Origin: the human T2T-CHM13v2.0 reference genome, Homo sapiens
Reading direction: 5' to 3' (one strand)
DNA: 64,000 bases
Assembly (NCBI RefSeq): GCF_009914755.1
Contig: NC_060937.1
Part shown: piece after piece, positions 31,526-43,547 of the stretch
Position numbering within the stretch: the stretch's first letter is position 1
Layout of the letters: each line of letters starts with the position of its first letter
Notes under the pieces: model-generated
Database searches by the model: none
What the model saw: only the letters and a program-made list of their open reading frames with translations
What the model was told of the DNA's origin: nothing
Position numbers and translations under genes: made by a program

Positions 31526-31960
31526 TGTGTGGATAGAACACTTAAAATCTACTTTCTTAGCAATTTTTAAGAATACAATGCACTGTTATAAACTAGAGAC
31601 ACCACTTGTACAATAGGTCTACTGAACTTATTTCTTCTAACTGATATTTTTTACCCTTTGACCAGCATTTCCCCAACTCCCTTCCACCATGGGCCCTGGT
31701 AAGCACCATCTCTAATTCTATGGATTTAACTTTTTGAGATTCCACATATAAGTGAGATCATGCAGTATCTGTCTTTCTGCACCTGACTTATTTCATTCCA
31801 CATAATGTCCTTCAGGTTTATCCATGTTATCACACCACAAAAAATAAGTATTTGAGGTCATGTGTGTTAATTAGCTCAATTTTGCCATCTACAATGTATA
31901 CATATTTCAAAACAACATGTTGTACATAATAAATATATACCTTTTTTTTGGTCAATTACA
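31526..31960 (+). mobile_element. L1MA 3' end with an inverted 5' segment
   Basis: 31526-31833 is antisense L1MA 3'UTR; 31830-31960 is the sense terminal segment and continues from about the same consensus position (caccaca). Confidence 0.8.
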
Positions 31961-31965
31961 TAATT

Positions 31966-32142
31966 GTCAAGTACAGTGGCTTGCACTTGTAGTTCCTGCT
32001 ACTAGGAAAGTGGGAGGATTGCGTGAAACCAGAAGTTCGAGGCTGTGGTGAGCCATGATTGTGCCACTGAACTCCAGCACTGCACTTCAGCAACAGAGCA
32101 AGACCTTGTCTCTAAAAATAAATTTAAAAATAAAAATAAAAA
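31966..32142 (+). mobile_element. Free Alu monomer (FAM/FRAM-like)
   Basis: Single 7SL-derived monomer ggaggattgcgtgaaaccagaagttcgaggctg..gagcaagaccttgtctct plus A-rich tail. Confidence 0.85.
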
Positions 32143-35069
32143 TTTTTAAAGTAGATGTATGGAAGTGACACTATCTTAACTGAAATTAGTATAGCAATAA
32201 TCAGGCAAATATAGGGACTTTATGTAGATAGATTTAAAGCACATCAGACAGAGCTGAATTCCTATTGACTTTCAAATTCCAAGTTTTAGTTGCCTATGCT
32301 ATCTCATATGGTATTTCTTTGATTTGCCCGAAAAAATATCATTCAGTAGTCCCACTTATTAATCCTTTTGATCAAAGGACATAGCCTTTAATTTAAAAAA
32401 TCTTCTGTGATATTTTTTGGAATAAAAGAAATGATACTTGTGTTTAAAGTAGTTAACCTAAGACATGTTTTATTTATCATCCCTATTTCAATGATAGTGC
32501 CAAATTTGTCAGAACATTTCTGTGAAAATGTGAATCTTCTGCCATGCTACATGTAAGGCCTGTTAGAAGGGCACTCAGGAATTCTTTCTTAGAACTTATT
32601 AATTATCATTGCTACTGCAATTGGAACACAATTTGGGCCTCCTGGCAAAGGAGTACATTTGAAAGAAAACTACAAAACTCTCCCTGCTGGCAGAAGATAA
32701 CAACAAAAAATACCTGTAGCATACGAATCTTTCTACAGGCATCTTGAGAGAAGAGAAAGAAATGCTAACAATCAATCAGTATTCCCACGGAAATATAATA
32801 ATCAGAAACCAATCAGCAAGCTAACTGCTCTGGGCAGTGAGTGGCTTTCTAATGGCTGAAATGTAATGATACATAGTCAGAAAAACAGGCTTATAGGTAA
32901 GTAACCTTCATTTTTCCAAAGGCAATGCACACCATCTATTATACTGTCATGATTCCATAGCTGGAGGCTTAGAGAGCCCTTAACTTGTAAATAGATTTTG
33001 GATAATGGTTAACTCCAAATGAGTTCATTCTTGAGGCAGATTACAAATAGCAATTTCTTAGGAAGGTGTGATGGCAAGACTAGCTAGTTCCCTTGCAATT
33101 TTCCACTGTTGTAACATTTCGACACTTAGAAAAATGTTCAGGTAGTGCTATTTGACCCTTCTTTTTTTTTTTTTTTACCAGACTATTGTTGTTGTTATTA
33201 GAATAACTGCATCCCAAATGCTTAAAGTTTTCATAACTCTTCTAATAATTTTCAATGTTAACTTTCAGAGAAAGATTTAACATCGAGTATATGTAATTAG
33301 TAAGGCATAAACTAGAGTCACTCTCTTAGATAATGATACTTTAACAGAAAAAAAAATAATCCAAGAGCTCTACACTAAACTCTAACTAGACTTTTATGCA
33401 TTGGCATATCTTTGAAGAGATGGCATTATTGGGGAAATATTTCTCAGGGCAGACCTACTGAAAACGTTTTGCTTCTTTTGTCTATAAAGGCAAATTGGTA
33501 GGTCTATCTCAGTACATCTACAAGGTATTATTTCTACATACATGGTCATATGTTCAAAAAGGTTTGGGAAACACTGCTTAATGAAGAACTATCTTAGCGT
33601 TCCCAAAGTACATCACAGATATTATCAGGAGTTTAAAAAATACTTCGTTTGACATAGCCTTTACCAAACATATATAACCCTAGATTTTTTTACATTATTG
33701 CCTGTAATAGCCTATGAAATACTATATAAGAAATACTGATCTAGAAAAGAAAGGCACTGTCTTGTCACTGCACATTTTCTAAGGAATGAAGATACAGTTA
33801 GATATATAAAGATTAAAAATGTATCTATACAGTTAGTTAATGTTAGATATAAAATTATGTCATGTTACCATATGTGAACTTATTTTAGGTGTTCTCAATG
33901 GCTGTTTCCATATTTACATTCCCTCTACAAATACTTCGCAGCACACAAAGCTCATGGAAAGCTGTATGAGATGGTCATATGGCAAACTGTCTTTGCCTGA
34001 AATAGTACAAAGATGTAAGTCACGAGAGATCAGAGAGGGAATTCTAAACTGATAGCACACTCAAATGCTCACAGGTAAAAAGGAACATGGCAATCCAGGG
34101 AAGTGAGGATGACTCAGCACAGAGGTAGGTTACTACATCTGCTGGTCTAACTGTAGCATAGAAGAGGGAAGAAGATATAAGGAGAGGCAGCCTTTACGTA
34201 CAAGGTTAAAACCTTCAGGCATGGCCCTGTAATGTGTGAAGAGGAAGGTTGTATGCAAAGAGGATAATTAAAGAAAAATAAAAATGTTTATGCCCCCCAT
34301 TTTTCTTGGATAAATTAAAGAGTTTTGTGGAATTCCATAAGTAATATATATTCTTATATCTTGGATGATCTATTTTACTGAATATAAGTATGTTACTGAG
34401 AAATTGGCCCTGCTCTTTAATAATGAAAATATTAATATCTAGAAATATTTTAGATGATCACAAAAGCAGCTTCATCTTTCACTTCTTTCATTTATGATTT
34501 GCTTTGAATTTTGCCAGGCAGGTTCACATGCATTATATGCTCACCTTATAGGGAAAGTAACTGAGGTTTGGAGATTTCAGGTTACTTTCTCCATCTCACA
34601 CTGTGAAACAGCCAGAGATTCAACTTGATTCCCTTCAATGCAACATTTGCTGAGGGTTTATCAGGTACGGCACTGGGCATTATGAGTAAAGCAATAAATA
34701 ATACATCTCTTCCTCACCTTCTTGAAAACCAGGTCTTTTTCTTTTTGTGGAGATAGATTCTTAGTCTACTTGGGTCATCCTACCTGAAGCACTGCTACCA
34801 CCTGTAATCTCCTGGAAGGACCAATGCTAGTGCTCCTGCTATCATCAGGTTGCTCCCAATATCCTTGAACCGGGTGCCAGCAGGAAGTCACCACTGCATC
34901 ATTCATAGGCTGAGCATTTCTACAAATTCCTTTTGTTAAACTCATTCTTGAGTTTGTAGTTACATGGTGGTTGTACTATACTAACCCTAACCCCAGTACT
35001 TCCCCTTTGAAAAAATTGTAATCCTTCACTTGATATCAGATTGTGTCAGGGCTCAGAACATCATACCCG

Positions 35070-35341
35070 GCATCTATTAATTTTTGACTTTTAAATAATA
35101 GTCATTCTGACTGGTATAAGGTGCTATCTCATTGTGGTTTTGATTTGCATTTTACTAATAATTAGTGAGACTGAGCATTTTTTCTTATGCTCGTTGGCTA
35201 CATGTATGTCTTCTTTTAGAAGTGTCTGTTCATGTTCTTTGCACATTTTTCAGTGGGACTGTTGGTTTTTCACCTGTTGATTTGTTTAATTTCATTATAG
35301 ATTTTGGATATTAGACTTTTGTTGGATGCATACTTTGCAAA
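35070..35341 (-). mobile_element. L1 ORF2 3' fragment
   Basis: attctgactggt..tatctcattgtggttttgatttgcatt..agtgtctgttcatg. Confidence 0.85.
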
Positions 35342-35772
35342 GTAGGAATGAACTAGTGGAAAAGTACTGGAAAATGTTTGAGGGGAAATCTCTCTGTAAG
35401 ATGCGTGGTGTATATTGAGTTATTTTCTGAGTTTGCAGTTATTTCTTCCCTGTCATTAAGCCATCTGTTTTTGCTGATGTGGTACTTACAGAAGTTAGGC
35501 TCCTACCCTTCCCACAGAGACTAGGAAATAGAGGATTTATCTTCCTTGATGATTACATTTCAAAGGGACTGCTCCCAGGTTCTTGAGAAAGACATTTTTG
35601 GGTTGTAAAATTGGCAAGAGGTTTTTTTTTTTACAAAAGACGCGTATGTCTCAAAGCAGTGGATTAATAATTTCTAAGTTTTCTAAAAACAATCCTCCAA
35701 AAAAAGGTAGGTCAGGACCTAAACTCAGGAATAATCCTGCTTAAAATACAGTCGAACTGAGGGAAACATCAG
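35342..35772 (-). mobile_element. ERV1-class LTR (MER31/MER67-like)
   Basis: ctcccaggttcttgagaaagacat..gggttgtaaaattggcaagagg; family assignment tentative. Confidence 0.55.
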
Positions 35773-36594
35773 CAAGAGAGATGTTTAATTTCCAATAAGT
35801 GACAACAGTATTTGTAATAGAAATTGTCAGTTTAGCCACCTACTTACAGTAGGCTAAAAACTCCAAATTAGAACATAGGTCAGCCAGTCTGAATTTAAAA
35901 TGTAACTTAAATTATGGAATTTTTGAGACAATGAACTGTTGTCAACAGTATATTTGTCTTTTCTAAAGAACTGCTAACAAAGCATGGCCAAGTGGAGGTC
36001 CTCTAGGTCCTTTTCTAATGAATAGATAAGCTTAATTAACATTACATTTGCATTTAATAAGAAGGATTTACTTGAATTTGAATGTTCTCTCAGGTATGTG
36101 AAATATTCCTCATGCAATTTTATTTTCCTTTCATTAATTTTTTTCTTATATAAAACTAATGGAAAAAAAAGTAAAACCTCTAGTCACAAAATTCCAGTGT
36201 AGTGAGTTTCATTATACTCCTCTCTGCCCCATAAATGCACATAGTGAAATGAATTTTCAGTAAATGGCTTTCATACTGCCTGGATTTATAAAGCTAGATG
36301 TTTTTATAAATAACCTAAATAAGAATGGACAAATTTTAGGAGGAGTAACGATACAAATTGAGTTTATATTAGAGTGTTCTAGAATTATTGTTCTGTATGG
36401 AGAGTAATAAACTTAGAGAAACAAACAAACAAACAAAATAGGTATATGTGTTTCTCACAGTCCTACATTGTTTAGGTTATTGCAACAAATGTACATGTCT
36501 AAATTTCAATAATGTCACATTTTGAAATTTAAGTACAGTCTTTACTGGGTTGAAAAGTAGACAGCATAAATGGCACCAATGAGAAGTCCTTAAC

Positions 36595-36937
36595 TGTTCT
36601 TGCTAAAAGATAAACTTAGGCACATTAAAATTTTAGAGTTTATTTGAGCAGAAAGCTCATGAATTGGGCAGGGCCAGATGGTAAGCATTTGGGATCTTCT
36701 GAGAGAATGCAAAGGGAAATTTTTATAATGTGTTCACGGAAGCAAGACAAAGAAAATATATTTGAGTGTTTAAAGTCCAAAGTCTCTAGTTAGAGGTTAG
36801 TTTGGTGGCTTCTGACTGGTTAAGCTTATGTTTTATTTTACTGTCTCCATTGAGTTGCACTTTGGTTTGCTTATGTAGGAGCCCAGCAGGGTGCTGGAGC
36901 ATGTCAGCTTAATGGCCTTATGATGTTTTTGTTAACA
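36595..36937 (-). mobile_element. ERV1 MER4-group LTR
   Basis: tgtt...gagtttatttgagc...aatggcc...ttaaca; antisense polyA signal. Confidence 0.6.
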
Positions 36938-36950
36938 TTATAAAAGTACC

Positions 36951-37669
36951 TATTAGCAGTGGCTTATCCGCAGGTGTCTGAAGCAATGCGTAGGAAGGTC
37001 GAATTCCTTCTTGCCTCTTCAGAAGAAGGAACTCTACCGTGGGGCGTAAGAAAAGTGAGAGACCAAGGCTAATGTTAGAGCAGGAGTGAATGTCTATTGA
37101 CAAGTATTAGAACAGGAACGAATGGAAGTACACTTAGAAGAAGGCCAAATGGATGACTTGAGAGGGTCAAGTGCACCTTTTGACCTTTGACTTGGATTTT
37201 ATACATTGCCATGCTTCCGGAGGGTTACATCCCCTGATTCTTCCTTTGGGGTAGGCTGTCTGCATGTACAGCCGCCTGCCAGCACTTGGGAGGGGCCGCA
37301 TGCGCACTGTGTTTACTGAAATTGTACCCATGCTCACTCGAGGTGTTCTTCCCTTACTAGTCCAGTGTTTCTAGAGGAAGGTCATATACCAGTTAAACTC
37401 CGCCATGTTGCCTCTTAGTGTGCATGCTCGAGCCCACTAACCTAACTCCTGAGATCTCATCGGAAAGCTGCTGATCACCAACTTCACGTGTTTCTATCTA
37501 TTAGAAAACTGCCTTTCTCTGGAACTAGCTGCCACCAATTATTATTTTAGAGCGACAGTTTCACAACCGCCTGACCATCACCTGATGGTTGCCTGACATT
37601 CCTGGTGGCAGGTGTTTGGGGGGAGGCTCTCCTGCCCTGCTCAAGTCTGACGAGCTACCTACTGTAACA
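36951..37669 (-). mobile_element. MER50-like ERV1 solo LTR
   Basis: ctcctgccctgctca..ctacctactgtaaca terminus; gtacacttagaagaaggccaa. Confidence 0.8.
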
Positions 37670-38899
37670 TGTCCACTTAAACAAACAAACAAAACAAAAC
37701 TAGATTAATGAAAACGTATTTTAGAGTATAAAAATTAATAAAACCTATTTTATATTGAATAAATTTCTACCTTTAAAACAGTGCTACTAATTTATGAACA
37801 GAAAATAATTCCATTACAAAATCTCTTATTTAAAAATATCTTTAATTATAGTGGAACCTAATACATATAAATAATTTCCCACGAAAAGGAACTTGCTCTT
37901 CACCAAAAAACGAAGAGCTATAAAACTAGTTAACCTCATTAGCTAACAAATTATTAAATTACTGAGGATTTTCACATGTTAGTAATTTGGTAATTTTAGT
38001 TGACATTTTCCAGTAATTGAATGCATTAGCAATATATTAGAAACAATTTTTTTATTAAAAAGTAACTCACTCTCAAATTGTTATGCAGCAATAATGCTCT
38101 TTGCCATGCAAATATTGAGCTGATATGACCACTAAATACAGAGTTTTATTTATGATGGGATTTGCTAGTTCCCCCCTTGGGGGATGAAATCCCCAATTGT
38201 TAGCATTATCGCCAGGTAGGGTACAAAATAAAAGCACTGGGTAACATGGAGGAAGTGGTCAATATCTCGTTAGTTCTGCTAAATAAGATTTGTACTGCAA
38301 CACATCCTCAAGCTTTAGTCTATAAATTATGTGGAATCCTTACCCGCCAACTCAGGGACTTATTAGCAGCTGCTTTTCAAAAGGTAGGAGAAGAAATTGT
38401 TTCATGTGCTGAATTAAACCAGAGGTCTGGGTCCTGAAAAAGTAAAATACAAAATAAACATTTTATAGGTATGAAGATGCGTGAATGTAATTTTGTATAA
38501 AATCATATTCTATGATGATAGATAAATAATATGTTTGTAACTGTCCTTAAAATACAGACTACAAACATGGACAGAGAAGTGTATGAGATTATAATATATA
38601 TTATGAAAAGAAAGATTGATAGGTATTTTTAAATGCCTTGGATTTATAAAGACTTTTTTTTTTTTTCCCGGTCCAATGCTGAGAGCTATCAGCTGACTGA
38701 TGTACCCGGACCTTAAGTGTTCTTCAGTGCTCTGGAATTTGTTTTCCTGCTTAGTACCTAAAATAGTAACATGACATAAAGAACCTTTTATTAACACAAC
38801 AATGATATTTTAAAAAGGAAGAATAATAATTTCCAAGAAAAAGTACAGGAATTTATTTTATGTCTTTTTGAATTTAGACAGAGAATGATTTCATAGACA

Positions 38900-39130
38900 T
38901 CATTTAGACAAAGTTAGACTGGCCTGAATTTAACTGCAGGTCCTGAGACTTATTATTAAGGTAAGTGAAGGTGGGCCAGGTATTGGTAGTGTATTGGTAA
39001 TGCTTTCTGATGGTCAGTTTGGCCATCTAATAAAATATGGGTTACAACGATTTCTAATGATAAATATTAATTAAAATTTTTTGGAAAGTCCCTAATGTAT
39101 ATACATTAGTGTCCCTCAAAAAGAATGTAC
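38900..39130 (+). mobile_element. MIR, decayed
   Basis: agttagactggcctgaatt..cagtttggccatctaataaaatatggg. Confidence 0.45.
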
Positions 39131-39703
39131 CTCTAAATACGTAGGCTATTGCTGTTTTATTTTTATTCTTGTCCTTTTGCACTGTGCTAGCTCTAACTCA
39201 CGCTTTTGTTATTACTCATTCATCAATAATTTACTATTTTAGGACCTTATAGTAATTATACCACCACCCTCTTCACAAACTTTCTCTGAATTTATTTGAG
39301 CAGATTTTCAAGGGATTTTATAATATTATTTTTACACAAATGATTTTTTTTTTCTTTCCCCACTTTCAAGAGGAAAGTTAAACTGTATAGCTCCCTATTT
39401 CTCAGATATTTCCTTCTCTGTTTCTTTACCCATGTCATTGTTCCCTGATTCTGTGGCCTTTCCCCTACTGTTTTTCTGGCCTATTAAAAATTTCCCACCT
39501 TCCAAGATTCTGCCAAATCCTGCATATAATTTGCACTGACCTTCATCTTTCTCCTCTCTTGTGTTATATTGTGTGTACAGTATTTTATAGCAGACATAAA
39601 AAATTGCTTTATGTTACAATAGGGTAAACTTTTCATCTACTTTCCTAAATTATAAATGTTACTAAGGCCCCAATACTATCCTGTAAATCCATGTAACCCT
39701 AGC

Positions 39704-39726
39704 ATATATATATATATATATATATA
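39704..39726. repeat. (TA)n microsatellite
   Basis: Direct observation. Confidence 0.95.
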
Positions 39727-40544
39727 CATTTTTTTTTCCGAAGAGCAATACTGTGATATTAAGCTTACCTGAAGCATGTTCTGCTCACAGAAATGAACTA
39801 GTTCTCAAATGAAAATCAGAAAATTTGATCTGTTTTTTGTCCATTAAACCAAACACTTAAATATAGAATATATATTGCACTGTGTAATAATACTGCAGTC
39901 ACAGTTTTATGTAACATACTTTCTGACAATTTGGAAAACATTGTTAATGTAAGAGCTGTAACCTTGAAACAATTTTTAATTTTTTTATATTTACAAAAGC
40001 TGAAGATATAACTTTGTGAAAAAAGATGTATCCATATCTATAAAATACCAAAACACACGTTATTGAAGAATTCTATAAATAAAGGTGCAAAGCAACTTCA
40101 CAAGGCTTTTATTAGGAGATGATTATAAGCTAACCTTGAGGTTAACGGAAAGTTTGCTTCAGAGTACTTTAAAAAAAAAGAAAAACTTGAGCAAAGAGTA
40201 ATACTCTGTGAGCCAATGTCACTAAACATTTTACAGTAAAAGAAATTATTTTATAATTAATATATCGTATAATATATTATTTGGATAAAAATTAGAAAGG
40301 GGCATGAAAATATATTCAGACTGATGTTTTTTGCAAGATGAATTTCACAGCAATATCCTACACCAGCTGGAGTTGATGCAGTTTCCTCTTGGGCCAGAAG
40401 CCAGCCGGGGGCTGCAGTAATTTAAGCTTGAAATAACCAAAGCATGAAGGACCATTTCACGGTCTCATTCAAACGGACATGATTGCAACCTAGTAGGGGG
40501 TCCTTTATGAGAAAGAATGATATACAATCTTCCCTAGAAAATTA

Positions 40545-40798
40545 TTTTATTTCATTTCATTTTTATTTTAAATTGACAAATAGTAATTGTATATATTTAT
40601 GGTGTACAATGTGAAATTTTAATATATGTATACATTGAAGAATGATTAAATCAAGGTAATTAACATATCCATAATTTTACAGGCTATAATTTTTTGTGGT
40701 GAGAAGATTTAAAATCTAGTCTTTGAGGAATTTTGAAATACAGGATTATTATTAACTATAGTCATTATGCTGTACAATAGAACTCAAAAGCTTATTCC
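40545..40798 (-). mobile_element. L1MA 3' end
   Basis: ttgacaaatagtaattgtatatatttatgg..tttaaaatctag..gctgtacaatag. Confidence 0.85.
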
Positions 40799-40972
40799 AG
40801 AAAGAATAGGAGGCAATAATATTTATGATTATTTATTTTGGCTAGAAATCAAAACATTTAGTTCAATAAAAGAGAAAATCTTTAAAAATATATTATAAAG
40901 TAAAAGATAATTAAGAAAAAAGCAGCATATTGCAGCTTCAATTATTTCTGTAAATATAATTCCACAGTTTGT

Positions 40973-41417
40973 TGTGAAGTAAAAATTGTGAGAATTAAAA
41001 TGGAGTCACTTGTATTAAAACAAAAAAAACTGTCAAATAAAGCCACAGAAGCCCATGAAGAGAATTGTCATGCATAAATGTCTGATGACAGAAACAATCA
41101 CAAAAGAACCTAGAAAAAGCATCAACTTGCACAAAAATCATTACAAGCCTTTTACAAAAAATACTTCTGAGGACATCTGCCCAGCAACTGGTGGTCTAAC
41201 TTCAGATTGGCATCACTCTTGATCCTTATGGCCAAGGGTAATTATTTCAGAATAATTATGTGATCCTCCTTATTCTTTCTTTAAAAGCCTTTGTCTCCTT
41301 TTACCTCCTGCATATGCACATAGTTTACTATAACATGCATATTCCCATCGCAATATCCTATGCCTGAATATCATTTTATTTTAGAGAGCCTGTCTTTATT
41401 GGTTATTTAGGTTGACA
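40973..41417 (+). mobile_element. ERV1 MER4-group solo LTR
   Basis: tgtga..aaaatggagtcac..gaggacatctgcccagcaactg..tatttaggttgaca. Confidence 0.7.
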
Positions 41418-42980
41418 GTGAATCTATATCATATAACTATACTGTAAGTAACCTGTATGGCTAAAATACAGGCAACAAGCAAAATATGCTCCTCCTGATC
41501 ATTATTCTGTGAGTAGACTTCAACTCCAGTAGAAACACTTTAAAAGTATAAAAGCAATAGGCAGTGTATCGAAGTGGTTGAATTAAGAGTTAACAGTAAT
41601 ATACAATTTGTTATAAAACACATTCAAAAATGTTTTTAAAAATCAATCTTATCACACAGACTGAAAAGAGAAGATATAAGTGTCTTTGATCTAAACCTCA
41701 GCTCAAAGCCTAAGGGATGAAGGGGATTATATTTTGAAAGCAAGAGAGGAGACTATCAAGAAGCAACCAAAAAAGCCAGTAACATATATTTGGTGCTGAC
41801 AAAAGCAGAAGAGTCTTGCCGTATTTATTTGTTTTATTCATGTGTCAAAGGAGTCAAGATTTCCTGAGCCTCAGATTTATCTGTAATAGATAAATCAGAC
41901 ATTCCTATTTTAGCTTTTATCATTGGTTTTTGACCTACATACAGATCTTCAGATTTGTCATCAGAAAAACATTTGAAACAAGCATAACCTTCTAGTCTGA
42001 TGATGATTGTTTTTGAGAAATCAGAAAGTAGCAGAAGCACAATAAATTGTTATCAGTAATCTAAGGTGTCTTCAGCACCCCAGCAATGATAAGTGTTGAT
42101 TTACAGGAGCTATACTGGGAAATCATACAAACATCAATTGTGTCATATGTCCACACATCTACCCTTCAGGCCAGAGGAGAAGTTTATTTCTTCCCCACTT
42201 CCCAAATGTCATGTGACTGCATTATTTTGACAAAATTCAAACCAGAGTATTGCTGACAACCATGTCTAGAAACATGATTCTAGTTTCCCATTGCTTAGGA
42301 AAATAGAAAAAAAATTTAGAAGAGCATACATGACAGGAGTATCCTGGAAAATCTAGTATCCAGAAGTTCGATTATTAGTTATCAATTAGGAAAAAGTAAT
42401 ACAATTTTTAGCAAAGTGTAGATGCTGGATATGATGAGTATAAAAATATCCAGAATATGTTTTATATGTTTTATTATCTTTCAGGTCATATTTGCCAATG
42501 TCTGGTGAGAAATAGACTGGGAAGATGAAAAGCATCAAAAGATTTCTAAGGGCTACCAAGATTATTGAGGGGATACTGAAGAACATGTTTTTTATTTAAA
42601 TATTTCCTAGGACTGACCTTCACTCTTTTTTCAGTGAATCTACCATTAAAAAGGGTAAGTACATTCATATGTAACCAGAGCTTATAACCTAGTTATATAG
42701 TTCAGAAACATCTCTGGAAAATAGTGACTGGACATATCTGCTGAAGTTGAAAAACAAATAATAGTAAATTGAGTCATAATGTGACCATCAGATTTGTTAA
42801 GAATTGAAAAATAAAACAGTAAAATTTATAACTAAAATTATCTTTAAAAATAAACTAGTCTAACAATTTTATTTCAAAAATAAGAAAACTGAGGCTCAGA
42901 GAAGTGAAGTGCCTCTCTGCATACATGCGTGCATACATGTGAAATTGATACATGTGTGCATTTTTTAAAAACTGTCTCCT

Positions 42981-43547
42981 TGTAACCAAGTCCAAGCTCA
43001 TACAACTTGCCATGTGACAGCCAGTAAATTGAGAGACAGGGTGTTGGGGCAAGGAAAGTCACTTTATTTGGAAAGCTAACAAACAAGAAGATGATGGACC
43101 AGCATCCTAAAGAACCATCTTAAATTAACATAAACTTCAGGCTCATTTTTATGTTAAAGGAAGGGAAAAAACAGGTGTTGAGGTCAAGATGTAATGATGA
43201 CCACAGTAATGTGGGGATCAGGGAGGGTCTGAGGAGGTTGTGAAACTTCTTTGTTTTTGGTCAGTTGACTGTGGTTCAGATGAAGTAGATCAGGTCATGA
43301 TGTTTCTATTAATCTTTAACAAAATGCTATTAATTGTGTATACACTTCCTTATCTCCTTAGGAGTTAGTTTTGAGACAGGCACTATTATCATTTTTCCCC
43401 TAAAGTTAAACTACAAGCTCAAGCCCTCCTATAATTAGCTGGTCTACATGCAAAGGTAAGCAGAAGCTTTTAACATAAAGGATATTCCACAGTTGGGGGG
43501 TCAAAGGCAAAATGGAGTCAGTCATGCTAAGCCTCTTGCCACTATTA
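42981..43547 (-). mobile_element. ERV1 MER4-group solo LTR
   Basis: tgtaacc..gttggggcaaggaaagtcactttatt..caaaatggagtcagtcatgc. Confidence 0.65.

Larger units (their letters stand above)
32550..38400 (-). mobile_element. DIRS-like retrotransposon relic, unit 4
   Basis: gag VPFRGKLF 37892-37869; RT MKLTTL ~36212, FHIP 36103-36092, LP.G..F.K ~36000-35960, DWL 35889-35881; MT VILTSLDC 34113-34090; YR KRF..GL ~33468, LHILDVK 33296-33276, RNVTTVENCKGTS*SCHHTFLRNCYL*SASRMNSFG 33121-33014; ICR-like motif 32890-32909; outer boundaries tentative. Confidence 0.72.

Noticed and set aside
40488-40503. CTCF-like motif ctagtagggggtcc
   Set aside because: Mismatches at two core positions; equally explained by YR-derived GPP codons
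41444-41453. gtaagtaacc as another DIRS terminal motif
   Set aside because: It lies inside the YR N-terminal coding relic (YLQ codons), the wrong position for a terminus
41874-41896. Palindromic double GATA site gatttatct-N5-agataaatc
   Set aside because: A 9-bp AT-rich stem is unremarkable at this base composition; no functional support
42485-42660. Possible + strand exon (tttcag acceptor, gg/gtaagt donor)
   Set aside because: No coding frame or partner exons; overlaps the RT relic; needs transcript data
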